A stretch of DNA of 47,695 nt. Origin: an uncultured Pseudomonadales bacterium (GTDB taxonomy: Bacteria; Pseudomonadota; Gammaproteobacteria; Pseudomonadales; Azotimanducaceae). The stretch lies in the NCBI GenBank assembly GCA_964524295.1, contig CAZGCW010000003.1:1-47695 (forward strand), written 5' to 3'. Within the stretch, counting starts at the first letter, position 1, and each line of letters opens with the position of its first letter. Below the pieces are notes generated by a model. That model was not told where the DNA came from and made no database searches. It saw only the letters and a program-made list of their open reading frames with translations. Shown one piece after another: positions 31,154-40,224 of this stretch. A program made the translations under genes and the position numbers.

Positions 31154-32208
31154 GCAAGGCGATGGCAGCGGCTGAAATTAGTCTCAGTAGTATTGAGTTT
31201 AATTTCAATCAAGCCAGGCTGGCAGCGCCGACGAGTAAGATCATGGCGGTAGTGAAAGCCAATGCTTATGGCCATGGTGCGGTTAAGGTGGCTCAATGCT
31301 TAGCTGCAGCAGATGCTTTTGCCGTCGCCAGGCTTGATGAAGCAGTCCAGCTTCGCGAGGCAGGGGTCCAACAACCGATTACTCTACTCGGCGGTATTTA
31401 CCAGGCGAGTCAAGCTAAAGTAGCCGCGGATTTTGACATAGACCTGGTTGTTCATGATGAAGCTCAGCTAGAATTAATCAAAGGTTATCCCCATCGTATC
31501 TGGTTAAAGCTGGATACGGGTATGCATCGGCTGGGGATCGAGTCACATTCAATACCCTTTTTCGTCAATGCGATTGCCGAGTCGAGGTTGCTGGGACTGA
31601 TGAGTCATTTTTCTGATGCTGATCAGCCGAATGAGGCCAAGAATGCCCAACAGTTAGAAAGTCTATTGTTGGTTGGGGAAACACTGGGTGTGCCGCTGAG
31701 TATGGCGAATTCCGCCGGCATATTGTCCTTTCCTGATTCGCATCTGGACTGGATTCGTCCCGGCATCATGCTTTATGGTGCAAATCCCTTGCTGGACAGA
31801 CAGGTTGCGTTAAGCGCCGCGATGAGGCTTACGGCACCGCTTATTGCAGTTAAGCGTATTCGTGCCGGCGAGACGGTTGGTTATGGCAGTACCTGGACGG
31901 CGTCGTCGTCGGGTCGCATTGGCGTTATAGGCCTGGGCTATGCAGACGGTTATCCCCGAGAGATAGCTGAAGGTACCAGAATCTATCTGAACGGCATTGA
32001 AGAGGAAATTATCGGCCGAATCTCAATGGATATGCTGTCTGTTAGCCTCTCCCCTGAGCAGACTGCCCGGCCAGGTGATTTAGCTGAACTTTGGGGAAAA
32101 AGAATTTCCATAGAAAGCATTGCCGAGCAGGCTGGAACGCTGTCTTATACTTTGATGTGTAATGTCAGCGCCAGAGTGCCTCGGTACTATACGGAAACGA
32201 GTCGATGA
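31150..32208 (+). CDS. alr: Alanine racemase
   Basis: PLP-Lys motif AVVKANAYGHG and GYADGYPR. The ATGA overlaps the dnaB stop. Confidence 0.92.
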   Translation: MSKAMAAAEISLSSIEFNFNQARLAAPTSKIMAVVKANAYGHGAVKVAQCLAAADAFAVARLDEAVQLREAGVQQPITLLGGIYQASQAKVAADFDIDLVVHDEAQLELIKGYPHRIWLKLDTGMHRLGIESHSIPFFVNAIAESRLLGLMSHFSDADQPNEAKNAQQLESLLLVGETLGVPLSMANSAGILSFPDSHLDWIRPGIMLYGANPLLDRQVALSAAMRLTAPLIAVKRIRAGETVGYGSTWTASSSGRIGVIGLGYADGYPREIAEGTRIYLNGIEEEIIGRISMDMLSVSLSPEQTARPGDLAELWGKRISIESIAEQAGTLSYTLMCNVSARVPRYYTETSR

Positions 32209-33575
32209 AAAAGTCCAGGATTGCTTTTGTCTGTTCCGACTGTGGTTCTGAATATGCCAAATGGCAGGGCCAGTGCCATGACTGTGGTGTCTGGAACACG
32301 CTAAAACAGTTGAATCTGGGTAGTGCAAAAGTTAGTCACCGCCGTGATGGTTTTGTAGGCGTCCTTGAAGAAGCGCGTACCTTAGACCAGGTCGATGTAT
32401 CCAGTAGTCCCAGGATTCCCACTTTGTCTGATGAGGTCAATCGGGTTCTGGGTGGGGGGCTGGTACCTGGATCGGCTATCTTGATCAGTGGTAGTCCCGG
32501 AGCAGGTAAAAGCACTTTGCTGATTCAAGTTTTATGTGAGTTGGCGGTATATCATCCCGCCCTGTATGTGACGGGGGAAGAGAGTTTGTCGCAGATTGCA
32601 ATGCGAGCCACTCGTCTGCAGTTACCCCTTGATAAGGTGAAGGTCATGTCGCAAACAGCCGTGGAGGACATCAGCCGCACCTGGGACCAGGTAAAGCCAA
32701 CCATGCTGGTTATTGATTCCATTCAGGTGATGCAGTCGGATGCGGTCGATTCCGCACCCGGTAGCGTAACCCAAGTGAGAGAAGCAGCCGCAGCCTTGAT
32801 TCAAAAGGCCAAACAAACTAACACGGTGTTATTGATTGTTGGCCATGTAACCAAAGATGGTAATCTCGCCGGCCCGCGTGTGCTTGAACATATGATTGAT
32901 ACTTTTCTGATGCTTGAAGGTGAGTCGGATAGTCGATACCGAACCCTTCGATCGGTGAAGAATCGGTTAGGCGCCGTGAATGAATTAGGGATCTTTGCTA
33001 TGACGGCAAAGGGCCTGAAGGATGTCGCTAATCCTTCAGCGATCTTTCTCAACCGGGGGTCTCAGGCAACACCAGGCAGTGTGGTGATGGTGGTCTGGGA
33101 GGGTACACGGCCGTTGCTGGTAGAAGCCCAGGCATTGGTAGACCAGACGACGTTTGCGAATCCTAGGCGGGTTGCTGTGGGTTTTGAACAGAACCGGCTG
33201 GCCATGCTACTGGCGGTCCTGCATCGTCATGGGGGCTTGCAGGTAGCTGATCAGGATGTATTTATCAATGCAGTGGGGGGTATCAGGGTTGATGAAACCA
33301 GCAGTGATCTGGCGGTGGTTCTGGCCGTTATATCCAGTTTCCGTAATAAACCACTGCCACAGAATCTGATTTGCTTCGGTGAGATTGGTTTATCCGGTGA
33401 AATCAGGCCCGTGCCCAATGGGCAGGAACGGTTACGGGAAGCGGCCAAGCATGGTTTTGAAGTCGCTATCGTACCGCAGGCAAATTTATCGAAAAAAACC
33501 GTACCTGGTTTTCAGATCAGGGGCGTGACCTGCCTGGCAGATGCAATCGCCATCATTGATGAATTAACCAGTTAG
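32205..33575 (+). CDS. radA: DNA repair protein RadA (Sms)
   Basis: Zn finger CSDCGSEYAKWQGQCHDCGVWNT, Walker A GSPGAGKST, the motif KNRLG (KNRFG) and a Lon-like C-terminal domain. Confidence 0.95.
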   Translation: MKKSRIAFVCSDCGSEYAKWQGQCHDCGVWNTLKQLNLGSAKVSHRRDGFVGVLEEARTLDQVDVSSSPRIPTLSDEVNRVLGGGLVPGSAILISGSPGAGKSTLLIQVLCELAVYHPALYVTGEESLSQIAMRATRLQLPLDKVKVMSQTAVEDISRTWDQVKPTMLVIDSIQVMQSDAVDSAPGSVTQVREAAAALIQKAKQTNTVLLIVGHVTKDGNLAGPRVLEHMIDTFLMLEGESDSRYRTLRSVKNRLGAVNELGIFAMTAKGLKDVANPSAIFLNRGSQATPGSVVMVVWEGTRPLLVEAQALVDQTTFANPRRVAVGFEQNRLAMLLAVLHRHGGLQVADQDVFINAVGGIRVDETSSDLAVVLAVISSFRNKPLPQNLICFGEIGLSGEIRPVPNGQERLREAAKHGFEVAIVPQANLSKKTVPGFQIRGVTCLADAIAIIDELTS

Positions 33576-33577
33576 GC

Positions 33578-35248
33578 TCAAGCTAATTTTTTGTATTTGA
33601 CTCGGGTAGGTGAATTACTGCCGTCGCCCGAATTTTTCCTTCTGGCGGCTTCATATTCGCTATAGTTCCCTTCGAAGAAAGTCGCTTCACTTTCGCCTTC
33701 GAAAGCCAGGATATGGGTTGCTATCCTGTCCAGGAACCAACGGTCATGAGAAATGATCATCATTGAGCCGGGATAGGTCTCGATGGCAGTTTCCAGTGCT
33801 CTTAAAGTTTCAACATCAAGATCATTGGTGGGCTCATCTAACAGCAGGAAGTTGGCGCCAATTTTCAGGAGCTTGGCAAGATGCACGCGGTTGCGTTCGC
33901 CTCCAGATAAGTCCTTGACCAATTTTTGTTGATCAGAGCCGCGAAAATTAAACCGACCGACGTAGGCTCTGGAGGAACTCTCATACTTACCGATACGGAT
34001 CATTTCACTGCCTTCGGATATCTCCTCCCAGACTGTTTTATCATCGCTGAGGCTGTCTCTACTTTGATCGACATAGCCCAGCTGTACGCTTGCTCCCAAT
34101 TCAATACTGCCGGAGTCGGTGGTCACCTGACCACTGACCATCCTGAATAAGGTAGATTTACCGGCACCGTTGCCACCGATTATTCCAACAATGGCGCCTT
34201 TTGGAACGGTGAACGACAAATCAGATATCAGCAACCGGTCGGCAAAGGCCTTGTTGACATGGTTCAGGCTAAGTACCTGGTCACCGAGTCTGGGGCCGGG
34301 CGGAATGTAGAGCTCCTGGGTTTCGTTTCTTGATTGAAATTGTTGAGAGTTAAGCTCCTCAAAGCGCGACAGCCTCGCTCGATTCTTAGCTTGGCGTGCT
34401 TTTGGCTGTGAGCGAACCCACTCCAGTTCAGCTTTAATTGCTTTCTGCCTTGAGTGTTCCTGTCGTTCTTCTACTTCCAGCCTTTTAGACTTGGCATCCA
34501 GCCAGGCAGAGTAATTGCCTTCATAGGGCAAGCCCCGGCCACGATCGAGCTCGAGAATCCATCCTGCAGCATTATCGAGGAAGTATCGATCGTGGGTGAT
34601 GGCAACAACGGTTCCTGGGAAGCTAGTAAGAAATCGCTCCAGCCAGGCGACGCTTTCTGCATCCAGGTGATTAGTAGGTTCGTCCAGGAGTAGCATGTCT
34701 GGATTCGACAACAGCAGTCGGCATAGTGCGACTCGACGTTTTTCACCACCGGAGAGGCTCGCTACTTCACTTTCAAACGGAGGGAGACGTAGCGCATCTG
34801 CGGCGATCTCCAGTTTACGTTCAAGATCCCAGCCTTCGGCAGCATCTATTTTTAGCTGCAGTTCACCCTGCTTATCCAGCAGTGCTGTCATCTCGTCGTC
34901 GCTCATTGGCTCGGCAAATTGATCACTGATCTGGTTAAACTGATCAAGCAGGTCTTTGATTGGTCGTACACCATCTTCAACATTACCGCGGACATCTTTG
35001 CTTTCATCGAGCTGGGGTTCCTGAGCCAGGTAACCGATTTTTAGCTCAGGCTGAGGTTTAGCATCGCCCAGGAAATCTTTATCGATGCCAGCCATAATGC
35101 GCAGTAAGCTAGACTTACCCGAACCGTTGAGGCCAAGGACACCGATCTTTGCACCTGGGAAAAAGGACAGCGAGATATTTTCTAAAATGGTGCGATTGGG
35201 AGGAACAATTTTACCAACTTGTGACATGGTAAAAACATATTGTGCCAT
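33578..35248 (-). CDS. ettA: ABC-F translational throttle ATPase EttA
   Basis: N-terminus MAQYVFTMSQVGKIVPP. Two ABC cassettes are present: GLNGSGKSS/LSGGEKRR and GGNGAGKST/LSGGERNR. Length is 556 aa. Confidence 0.93.
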   Translation of the reverse strand: MAQYVFTMSQVGKIVPPNRTILENISLSFFPGAKIGVLGLNGSGKSSLLRIMAGIDKDFLGDAKPQPELKIGYLAQEPQLDESKDVRGNVEDGVRPIKDLLDQFNQISDQFAEPMSDDEMTALLDKQGELQLKIDAAEGWDLERKLEIAADALRLPPFESEVASLSGGEKRRVALCRLLLSNPDMLLLDEPTNHLDAESVAWLERFLTSFPGTVVAITHDRYFLDNAAGWILELDRGRGLPYEGNYSAWLDAKSKRLEVEERQEHSRQKAIKAELEWVRSQPKARQAKNRARLSRFEELNSQQFQSRNETQELYIPPGPRLGDQVLSLNHVNKAFADRLLISDLSFTVPKGAIVGIIGGNGAGKSTLFRMVSGQVTTDSGSIELGASVQLGYVDQSRDSLSDDKTVWEEISEGSEMIRIGKYESSSRAYVGRFNFRGSDQQKLVKDLSGGERNRVHLAKLLKIGANFLLLDEPTNDLDVETLRALETAIETYPGSMMIISHDRWFLDRIATHILAFEGESEATFFEGNYSEYEAARRKNSGDGSNSPTRVKYKKLA

Positions 35249-35615
35249 ATTATAACTCTTTATATTTCAATATCTTGGGAAAGTTCTAAGCAAAAGGGCT
35301 AACTTTTCTCTAAGATCATTATAGGGTCCTGCTACATTTTACACTATCTGAGCAGGTAGGAGGGTAGTGGGTTGGTGAGGAGATGAACAGAAGCAGCGAG
35401 TGGTTAAGGTGACCTGTTTCTTTCAGGTGCGGTTTAAGCCCCCACAGGAATAACCATCTGCGGTGTCCTCCCCTGTGACTTGAGTTAGGCGCGGGGTATT
35501 GGCTGAGGCTAGTGAGTGAGACAGACCTGACCCTGACTTGTCCTGCTTTTGTTGGGTCCGGTAAGATTTCAATCAGGATGTTGTTTGTCTCATTTTGGCT
35601 AGTGGCATGCCTCTA

Positions 35616-35657
35616 TTAGGAGGCTAAAGTTAGGAGGATAAGGTTAGGAGACTAAAG
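35616..35657 (+). repeat. Three tandem 14-bp repeats, each containing a Shine-Dalgarno-like AGGAG(G): TTAGGAGGCTAAAG / TTAGGAGGATAAGG / TTAGGAGACTAAAG
   Basis: Read directly from the sequence. It lies in the 763-bp ettA-nrdR intergenic region. Confidence 0.9.
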
Positions 35658-35732
35658 TGTCTCGAATGATTTCAGGTTTACCTGAAAGCGCAGATAGTCT
35701 GCCAGTGGTCTGCTGTAACCCTGATTGGTTTG

Positions 35733-35750
35733 TTTTTTTTTGGGGGGGGG
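35733..35750. repeat. Homopolymer junction T9G9
   Basis: Read directly: nine T (35733-35741) immediately followed by nine G (35742-35750). Confidence 0.95.
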
Positions 35751-36011
35751 TTGGAGAGGGCAGGCAGTGAGCTAAAGGGCATTGAGTAGTTGACGGTGCC
35801 AATATGTGCTCGTTTAAATGAATATTTAATTCTTGGAGTAAGATACTTCCAGACCTTGTAATGCTTTTGTTTGAGGCCATGTATTCATGATCAGATGAGT
35901 AATGTGTCTGCATTTGTGGTATCTATTTTTTAAATGGCCACTCAGTGATCAGCTGCTCGGTCAGGTAGAATCTGTGCTGGGTAATTTGTGTTCGGTAAGG
36001 AAAAGTAATCG

Positions 36012-36509
36012 ATGTTTTGTCCATTTTGTGGTCATAGTGAAACGAAAGTCACGGATAGCCGACTGGTTGCTGAAGGCAATCAGGTGAGGCGGCGCCGAGA
36101 GTGTTTGGCCTGTGGCGAACGTTTCACATCCTATGAGTCTGCAGAATTACTGATGCCGCGGGTCATCAAGAGCAACGGTAATAGAGAGCCTTTTAATGAA
36201 GAGAAGTTACGTCTTGGATTGATGCGGGCACTTGAGAAACGCCCAGTTAGTCTTGAACGGGTTGAATCCGTGTTAACTCGAGTCAAGCGGGCACTGCGCG
36301 CCACGGGAGAACCAGAGATGAAAAGTCTGGATCTAGGGGAGCTGGTGATGTCTGAACTACGTGAACTTGATGAAGTCGCTTATGTGAGGTTTGCCTCGGT
36401 CTATCGAAGTTTTCAGGATATTAATGAATTCAGAAAGGAAATTGACTCACTTGGGGATACGGACAGGCAAGCTCCGGGTGAGACTCAGTCGGATATCGAT
36501 GATGAATGA
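36012..36509 (+). CDS. nrdR: Transcriptional repressor NrdR
   Basis: Zn ribbon [17 protein letters not shown]...CLACGERFT followed by an ATP-cone. Confidence 0.95.
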   Translation: MFCPFCGHSETKVTDSRLVAEGNQVRRRRECLACGERFTSYESAELLMPRVIKSNGNREPFNEEKLRLGLMRALEKRPVSLERVESVLTRVKRALRATGEPEMKSLDLGELVMSELRELDEVAYVRFASVYRSFQDINEFRKEIDSLGDTDRQAPGETQSDIDDE

Positions 36510-37587
36510 CCCGTATTTTCTCGCCAGGGCTTTTACATTGGCTCGCCAGGGTCTGTATACCACTGATCCGAATCCCAGAGTCGGTTGCGTGATTGCCCGC
36601 GAAGGGCAGATTCTGGGAGAGGGTTATCATCAGTCTGCAGGTGGTGATCATGCTGAAGTGATTGCAATCGAAAATGCCCAGGGTGACGTGCGAGATGCAA
36701 CGCTTTATGTCACCCTGGAACCCTGTAGTTATTTTGGGCGCACACCCGCTTGTGCTAAAACCCTGGTTGCAAACGGGATAAAGCGAGTTGTATCAGCCGA
36801 TTACGATCCTCATCCTCTAAATGCAGGTCAAGGTTATGCCATTTTAGAGGCCGCAGGGATAGAGGTGGTACATCAGGCAGACCCTCAAAGTGCCATGCAA
36901 CTGAATCCCGGGCATTACAAGACCCACCAGCAGGGATACCCTTTTGTGAGGCTTAAAATGGCCTGCACGCTGGATGGCCGGACAGCGCTTGCCGATGGTA
37001 GCAGTCAGTGGATCACCTCCCCAAGTGCTCGTCTGGATGTGCAGCGCCTGCGGGCAAGAAGTTCCAGCATTGTCACAGGGGTAGGAACGATTCTTAAGGA
37101 TGACCCTGCTTTAACCGTTCGAGAGCTGGATACTGAGGCAGATCGTAGTGCCTTGGCGATTAACAGAAGGCGTCCCATCTATATTCTGGACAGCAACCTG
37201 CGTATGCCCATGTCGGCCCGGGTGTTAGCGCATCCTGATACGCACATCGTCTGTGGTCCTGATTTGAACCCGGATCATGCCAGGACAATGTCTGGCAAGT
37301 TGGGTCAGGATGGTCGTATTTGCCTGAAAACGTTTTTGAAAGAATTATCGGTTAAGGGTGCGCTGGAAGTTCTGTTCGAATGCGGTCCTACCCTGGGTGG
37401 CGCTCTGATTGAAAGTGGTTTGTGTGATGAAATGGTCATTTATATGGCACCTAAGCTAATGGGTTCCGGTAGGCCATTACTTCAGTTGCCAGAAATTGCT
37501 AACATGGACGCGCTACAGGCATTTGAATTTGATGATATTCGCTCGATTGGACCAGACTTAAGGCTGGTTATGAAACCAGCAAGTTAA
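36499..37587 (+). CDS. ribD: Bifunctional riboflavin biosynthesis protein RibD (pyrimidine deaminase / uracil reductase)
   Basis: Deaminase zinc motifs HAEV and [11 protein letters not shown], plus a C-terminal reductase domain. I placed the start at the ATG at 36499, which overlaps the nrdR stop. The longer track ORF from 36391 runs through nrdR. Confidence 0.93.
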   Translation: MMNDPYFLARAFTLARQGLYTTDPNPRVGCVIAREGQILGEGYHQSAGGDHAEVIAIENAQGDVRDATLYVTLEPCSYFGRTPACAKTLVANGIKRVVSADYDPHPLNAGQGYAILEAAGIEVVHQADPQSAMQLNPGHYKTHQQGYPFVRLKMACTLDGRTALADGSSQWITSPSARLDVQRLRARSSSIVTGVGTILKDDPALTVRELDTEADRSALAINRRRPIYILDSNLRMPMSARVLAHPDTHIVCGPDLNPDHARTMSGKLGQDGRICLKTFLKELSVKGALEVLFECGPTLGGALIESGLCDEMVIYMAPKLMGSGRPLLQLPEIANMDALQAFEFDDIRSIGPDLRLVMKPAS

Positions 37588-37602
37588 TTGACAGGTAAGA
37601 CT

Positions 37603-38070
37603 ATGACCAGATGGATTGAAGGTGATTTTTCGGCATCCACAGCCAACATAACGATTGTCCTGGCACGATTTAATGAATTCGTGGTCGATAGCCTGTTAAA
37701 AGGTGCGTTAGATACCTTGCAGCGTCATGGAATTTCTGAAAAACAGATTACGGTTGTCAAGGTGCCGGGCGCCTTTGAGTTACCGCTGGTGGCCCGATTA
37801 GCAGCAGAAAAGCCAGATTGTGATGGTGTGGTTGCGCTGGGCGCAGTGATTCGAGGTTCCACACCCCATTTCGATTATGTCTCAGGGCAATGTGCCGGTG
37901 GAATAGCTCAAGTGGCGCTGGACTGCAAAAAGCCAGTTATATTCGGCGTGCTGACCACGGATACCATAGAACAGGCGATTGAGCGAGCGGGTACCAAGGC
38001 CGGCAACAAGGGCTCTGATTCTGCATTGACTGTGATTGAAATGATCAGCTTACTTAGAAAAATGGGATGA
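37603..38070 (+). CDS. ribH: 6,7-dimethyl-8-ribityllumazine synthase
   Basis: IEGDF...[23 protein letters not shown] and HFDYV. The ATG at 37603 gives a typical N-terminus. The track ORF starts at the TTG at 37588. Confidence 0.93.
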   Translation: MTRWIEGDFSASTANITIVLARFNEFVVDSLLKGALDTLQRHGISEKQITVVKVPGAFELPLVARLAAEKPDCDGVVALGAVIRGSTPHFDYVSGQCAGGIAQVALDCKKPVIFGVLTTDTIEQAIERAGTKAGNKGSDSALTVIEMISLLRKMG

Positions 38071-38507
38071 AGTCGACCCCTTCAGCCCGACACCGCGCAC
38101 GACGTCTCGCACTGCAGGGACTCTACCAGATGCAGTTTACCGACCAGCCAGCATCGATTGTAGAGCAGCAGTTTCTTGAGGAAAACGATCACAAGCGAGC
38201 CGACATTAATTTTTTCCAAGACATTATGGGCGCTGTTGGCAGAACCAGAGATGAACTCTGGACATTAGTCGAGCCCCATCTGGATCGACAATCTGAACAG
38301 ATTGATCCCGTAGAACGCGCTATATTACTCATAGGGTGTTTTGAACTTCGTGATCGTATTGAAATACCCTTCAAGATCGTTATTTCAGAAGCCGTGGAAT
38401 TGGCTAAGTTATTTGGCGCCACGGATAGTCATAAGTATGTCAATTCGATTCTTGATGAAGTTGCTAAAATAACCCGTGAGAGTGAGCGAGGCAGCACGGT
38501 TAATTAA
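38067..38507 (+). CDS. nusB: Transcription antitermination factor NusB
   Basis: [11 protein letters not shown]... The 146-aa protein follows ribH. Confidence 0.93.
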   Translation: MKSTPSARHRARRLALQGLYQMQFTDQPASIVEQQFLEENDHKRADINFFQDIMGAVGRTRDELWTLVEPHLDRQSEQIDPVERAILLIGCFELRDRIEIPFKIVISEAVELAKLFGATDSHKYVNSILDEVAKITRESERGSTVN

Positions 38508-39478
38508 TGGATGAGTCCGAATTCGATTTAATAGAGAAGTATTTTTTACCGCTGGGCGAGTGGAACCTGGGTGATACCAGGGTAGGTCCAGGCGATGATT
38601 GTGCAGTGGTCCGGGTGCCTGATTCCAGGCAGTTATGTATTTCAACTGATTCACTTATCGAGGGGGTTCATTTCCCGACAGGTGCCACCGGCCAGTTGGT
38701 TGCGCGACGCAGTTTGGCTGCCGCAGTGAGTGACCTTGCTGCTATGGGAGCAACCCCTTTCGGAATGACCGGCGCATTGACTCTGGTGGCAGTTAATGGA
38801 ACCTGGCTGAAGCAGTTTTCATCCGTAGTCGGAGATTTGATCAAGCGTTGGCAAATACCCTTGCTGGGAGGGAATTTGAGTCAGGGTAATGAATTATCGA
38901 TTACCTGGACGGTGATGGGGTTAGTTGAGCCAGGAGAGTATTTATTGCGTTCCAAGGCGCTGCCAGATGATGACATTTATATCAGTGGTTATCCTGGTCG
39001 TGCCGGTTATGCCCTAGCCGGTTTATTACAGGGCCGTGAAGTCGATGCCAGCCTGGGGAAACATTACAGTCATCCTACCCCTCGGTTGGAATTAGGTCAG
39101 TTGCTCAATGGCCTGGCTCATTCGGCTATCGATGTTTCAGATGGTTTGCTGGCAGATTTACAGCATCTGCTGAAGGCGAGTGGCGTCGGTGCGCGAATTG
39201 ACCTGGCCCGATTGTCAGTCGATACCGAGTTGTTTTCCGCCAGCGGGGAAGTCGATGGCATCAGGTTGGCGCTGACTGCTGGAGATGATTATGAAATTTG
39301 TTTCACTGCCGCCATTGATCAACGCAAAGCCTTACGGCACATTGGCGAGCAATTGCAGTTGCCGCTGACACGGATAGGTAAGATTGTTAAGTCTGGGGGC
39401 GTCGAATTTGAAAATGGCCCCCGGCATTTCGATCCTAGCAGCTTAAACTCACAGCCAGGGTACAGGCACTTTAAATGA
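38507..39478 (+). CDS. thiL: Thiamine-monophosphate kinase
   Basis: AIR-synthase-like N-terminus GPGDDCAVV...STDSLIEGVHF. It sits in the nusB-thiL-pgpA order. Confidence 0.92.
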   Translation: MDESEFDLIEKYFLPLGEWNLGDTRVGPGDDCAVVRVPDSRQLCISTDSLIEGVHFPTGATGQLVARRSLAAAVSDLAAMGATPFGMTGALTLVAVNGTWLKQFSSVVGDLIKRWQIPLLGGNLSQGNELSITWTVMGLVEPGEYLLRSKALPDDDIYISGYPGRAGYALAGLLQGREVDASLGKHYSHPTPRLELGQLLNGLAHSAIDVSDGLLADLQHLLKASGVGARIDLARLSVDTELFSASGEVDGIRLALTAGDDYEICFTAAIDQRKALRHIGEQLQLPLTRIGKIVKSGGVEFENGPRHFDPSSLNSQPGYRHFK

Positions 39479-39951
39479 AACCATCATGGCGTGAAGTCTT
39501 CACTCAGCCCGATTATCTATTTGCATTGGGGTTTGGCTCAGGCTTGGCATCCATGGGCCCGGGCACCGCGGGTAGCCTCGTTGGCGTGCTATTGTTTGTT
39601 GGTTTATCTTTTTTACCCGTTCCGGTTTATATCCTGGCGGTTTTGTGTGGCCTTGGCCTGGGGATTCCCCTTTGTTCGCGCGTTGCCGCTCGACTCTCCG
39701 TGAAGGATCCGGCCTGTATAGTCTGGGATGAAATCGTTGGCGTGTGGATTGCTTTGATCGCGGTTCCAATGGACCCATGGTGGATTTTGGCGGGTTTCCT
39801 CCTGTTCCGACTGTTTGACATCTTCAAACCGTGGCCGGTAAGTTATGCTGACCGACATTGGCAAGGCGGTCTTGGTATTATGATGGATGACGTATTCGCC
39901 GGTTTGATGGCACTGGTCGTACTACAGGCGAGTCATTGGTTCTGGTTCTGA
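39475..39951 (+). CDS. pgpA: Phosphatidylglycerophosphatase A
   Basis: GFGSGL...GPGTAGS, WDEIVG and FRLFDIFKPWP. Confidence 0.92.
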   Translation: MKPSWREVFTQPDYLFALGFGSGLASMGPGTAGSLVGVLLFVGLSFLPVPVYILAVLCGLGLGIPLCSRVAARLSVKDPACIVWDEIVGVWIALIAVPMDPWWILAGFLLFRLFDIFKPWPVSYADRHWQGGLGIMMDDVFAGLMALVVLQASHWFWF

Positions 39952-40224
39952 TCGTCAGGGTCATGGCTCTGTCTAGGGAATGGCCCGGAGTTGATGGGTG
40001 TTTTTCGGAATAATAGATCGACCGGTGATGGCTCCGAAGAAGGTCGCATGCATAACCTGCCTTAGGCAGTAGAAGAGCAGACAGAAGGTAATTAAAAAAT
40101 AGCCTGGTTTAGCGCCAGCAGGTTGCGTCGGAGATTCAATAGCCGCCAGTGGCATCAACTGTCTTCATACAATCAGCGCTGCGAAGGTTTCGGGTGTGTA
40201 AATCAAATCAACTAAGGCAGAAAA

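Noticed and set aside
33573-33580. Convergent radA and ettA stop codons are only 2 nt apart. epmA and psd are 7 nt apart at 6490/6498.
   Set aside because: Tight convergent junctions without room for terminators are not rare in compact genomes. No structure is visible to interpret.
35644-35913. An 89-aa minus-strand ORF in the ettA-nrdR gap that reads through the C9A9 tract (…PTPPQKKTN…).
   Set aside because: It has no SD upstream of its ATG. Its composition is low-complexity and unlike the flanking genes, and I recognise no family. It is most likely a chance ORF in non-coding DNA.
39491-39864. Four overlapping ORFs of 66-92 aa in other frames or on the other strand within pgpA. Similar nested ORFs occur inside parC, serB, mutL, ettA, leuC and other genes.
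   Set aside because: All lie inside strongly supported conserved genes, lack SD sequences and have skewed composition typical of off-frame translation.
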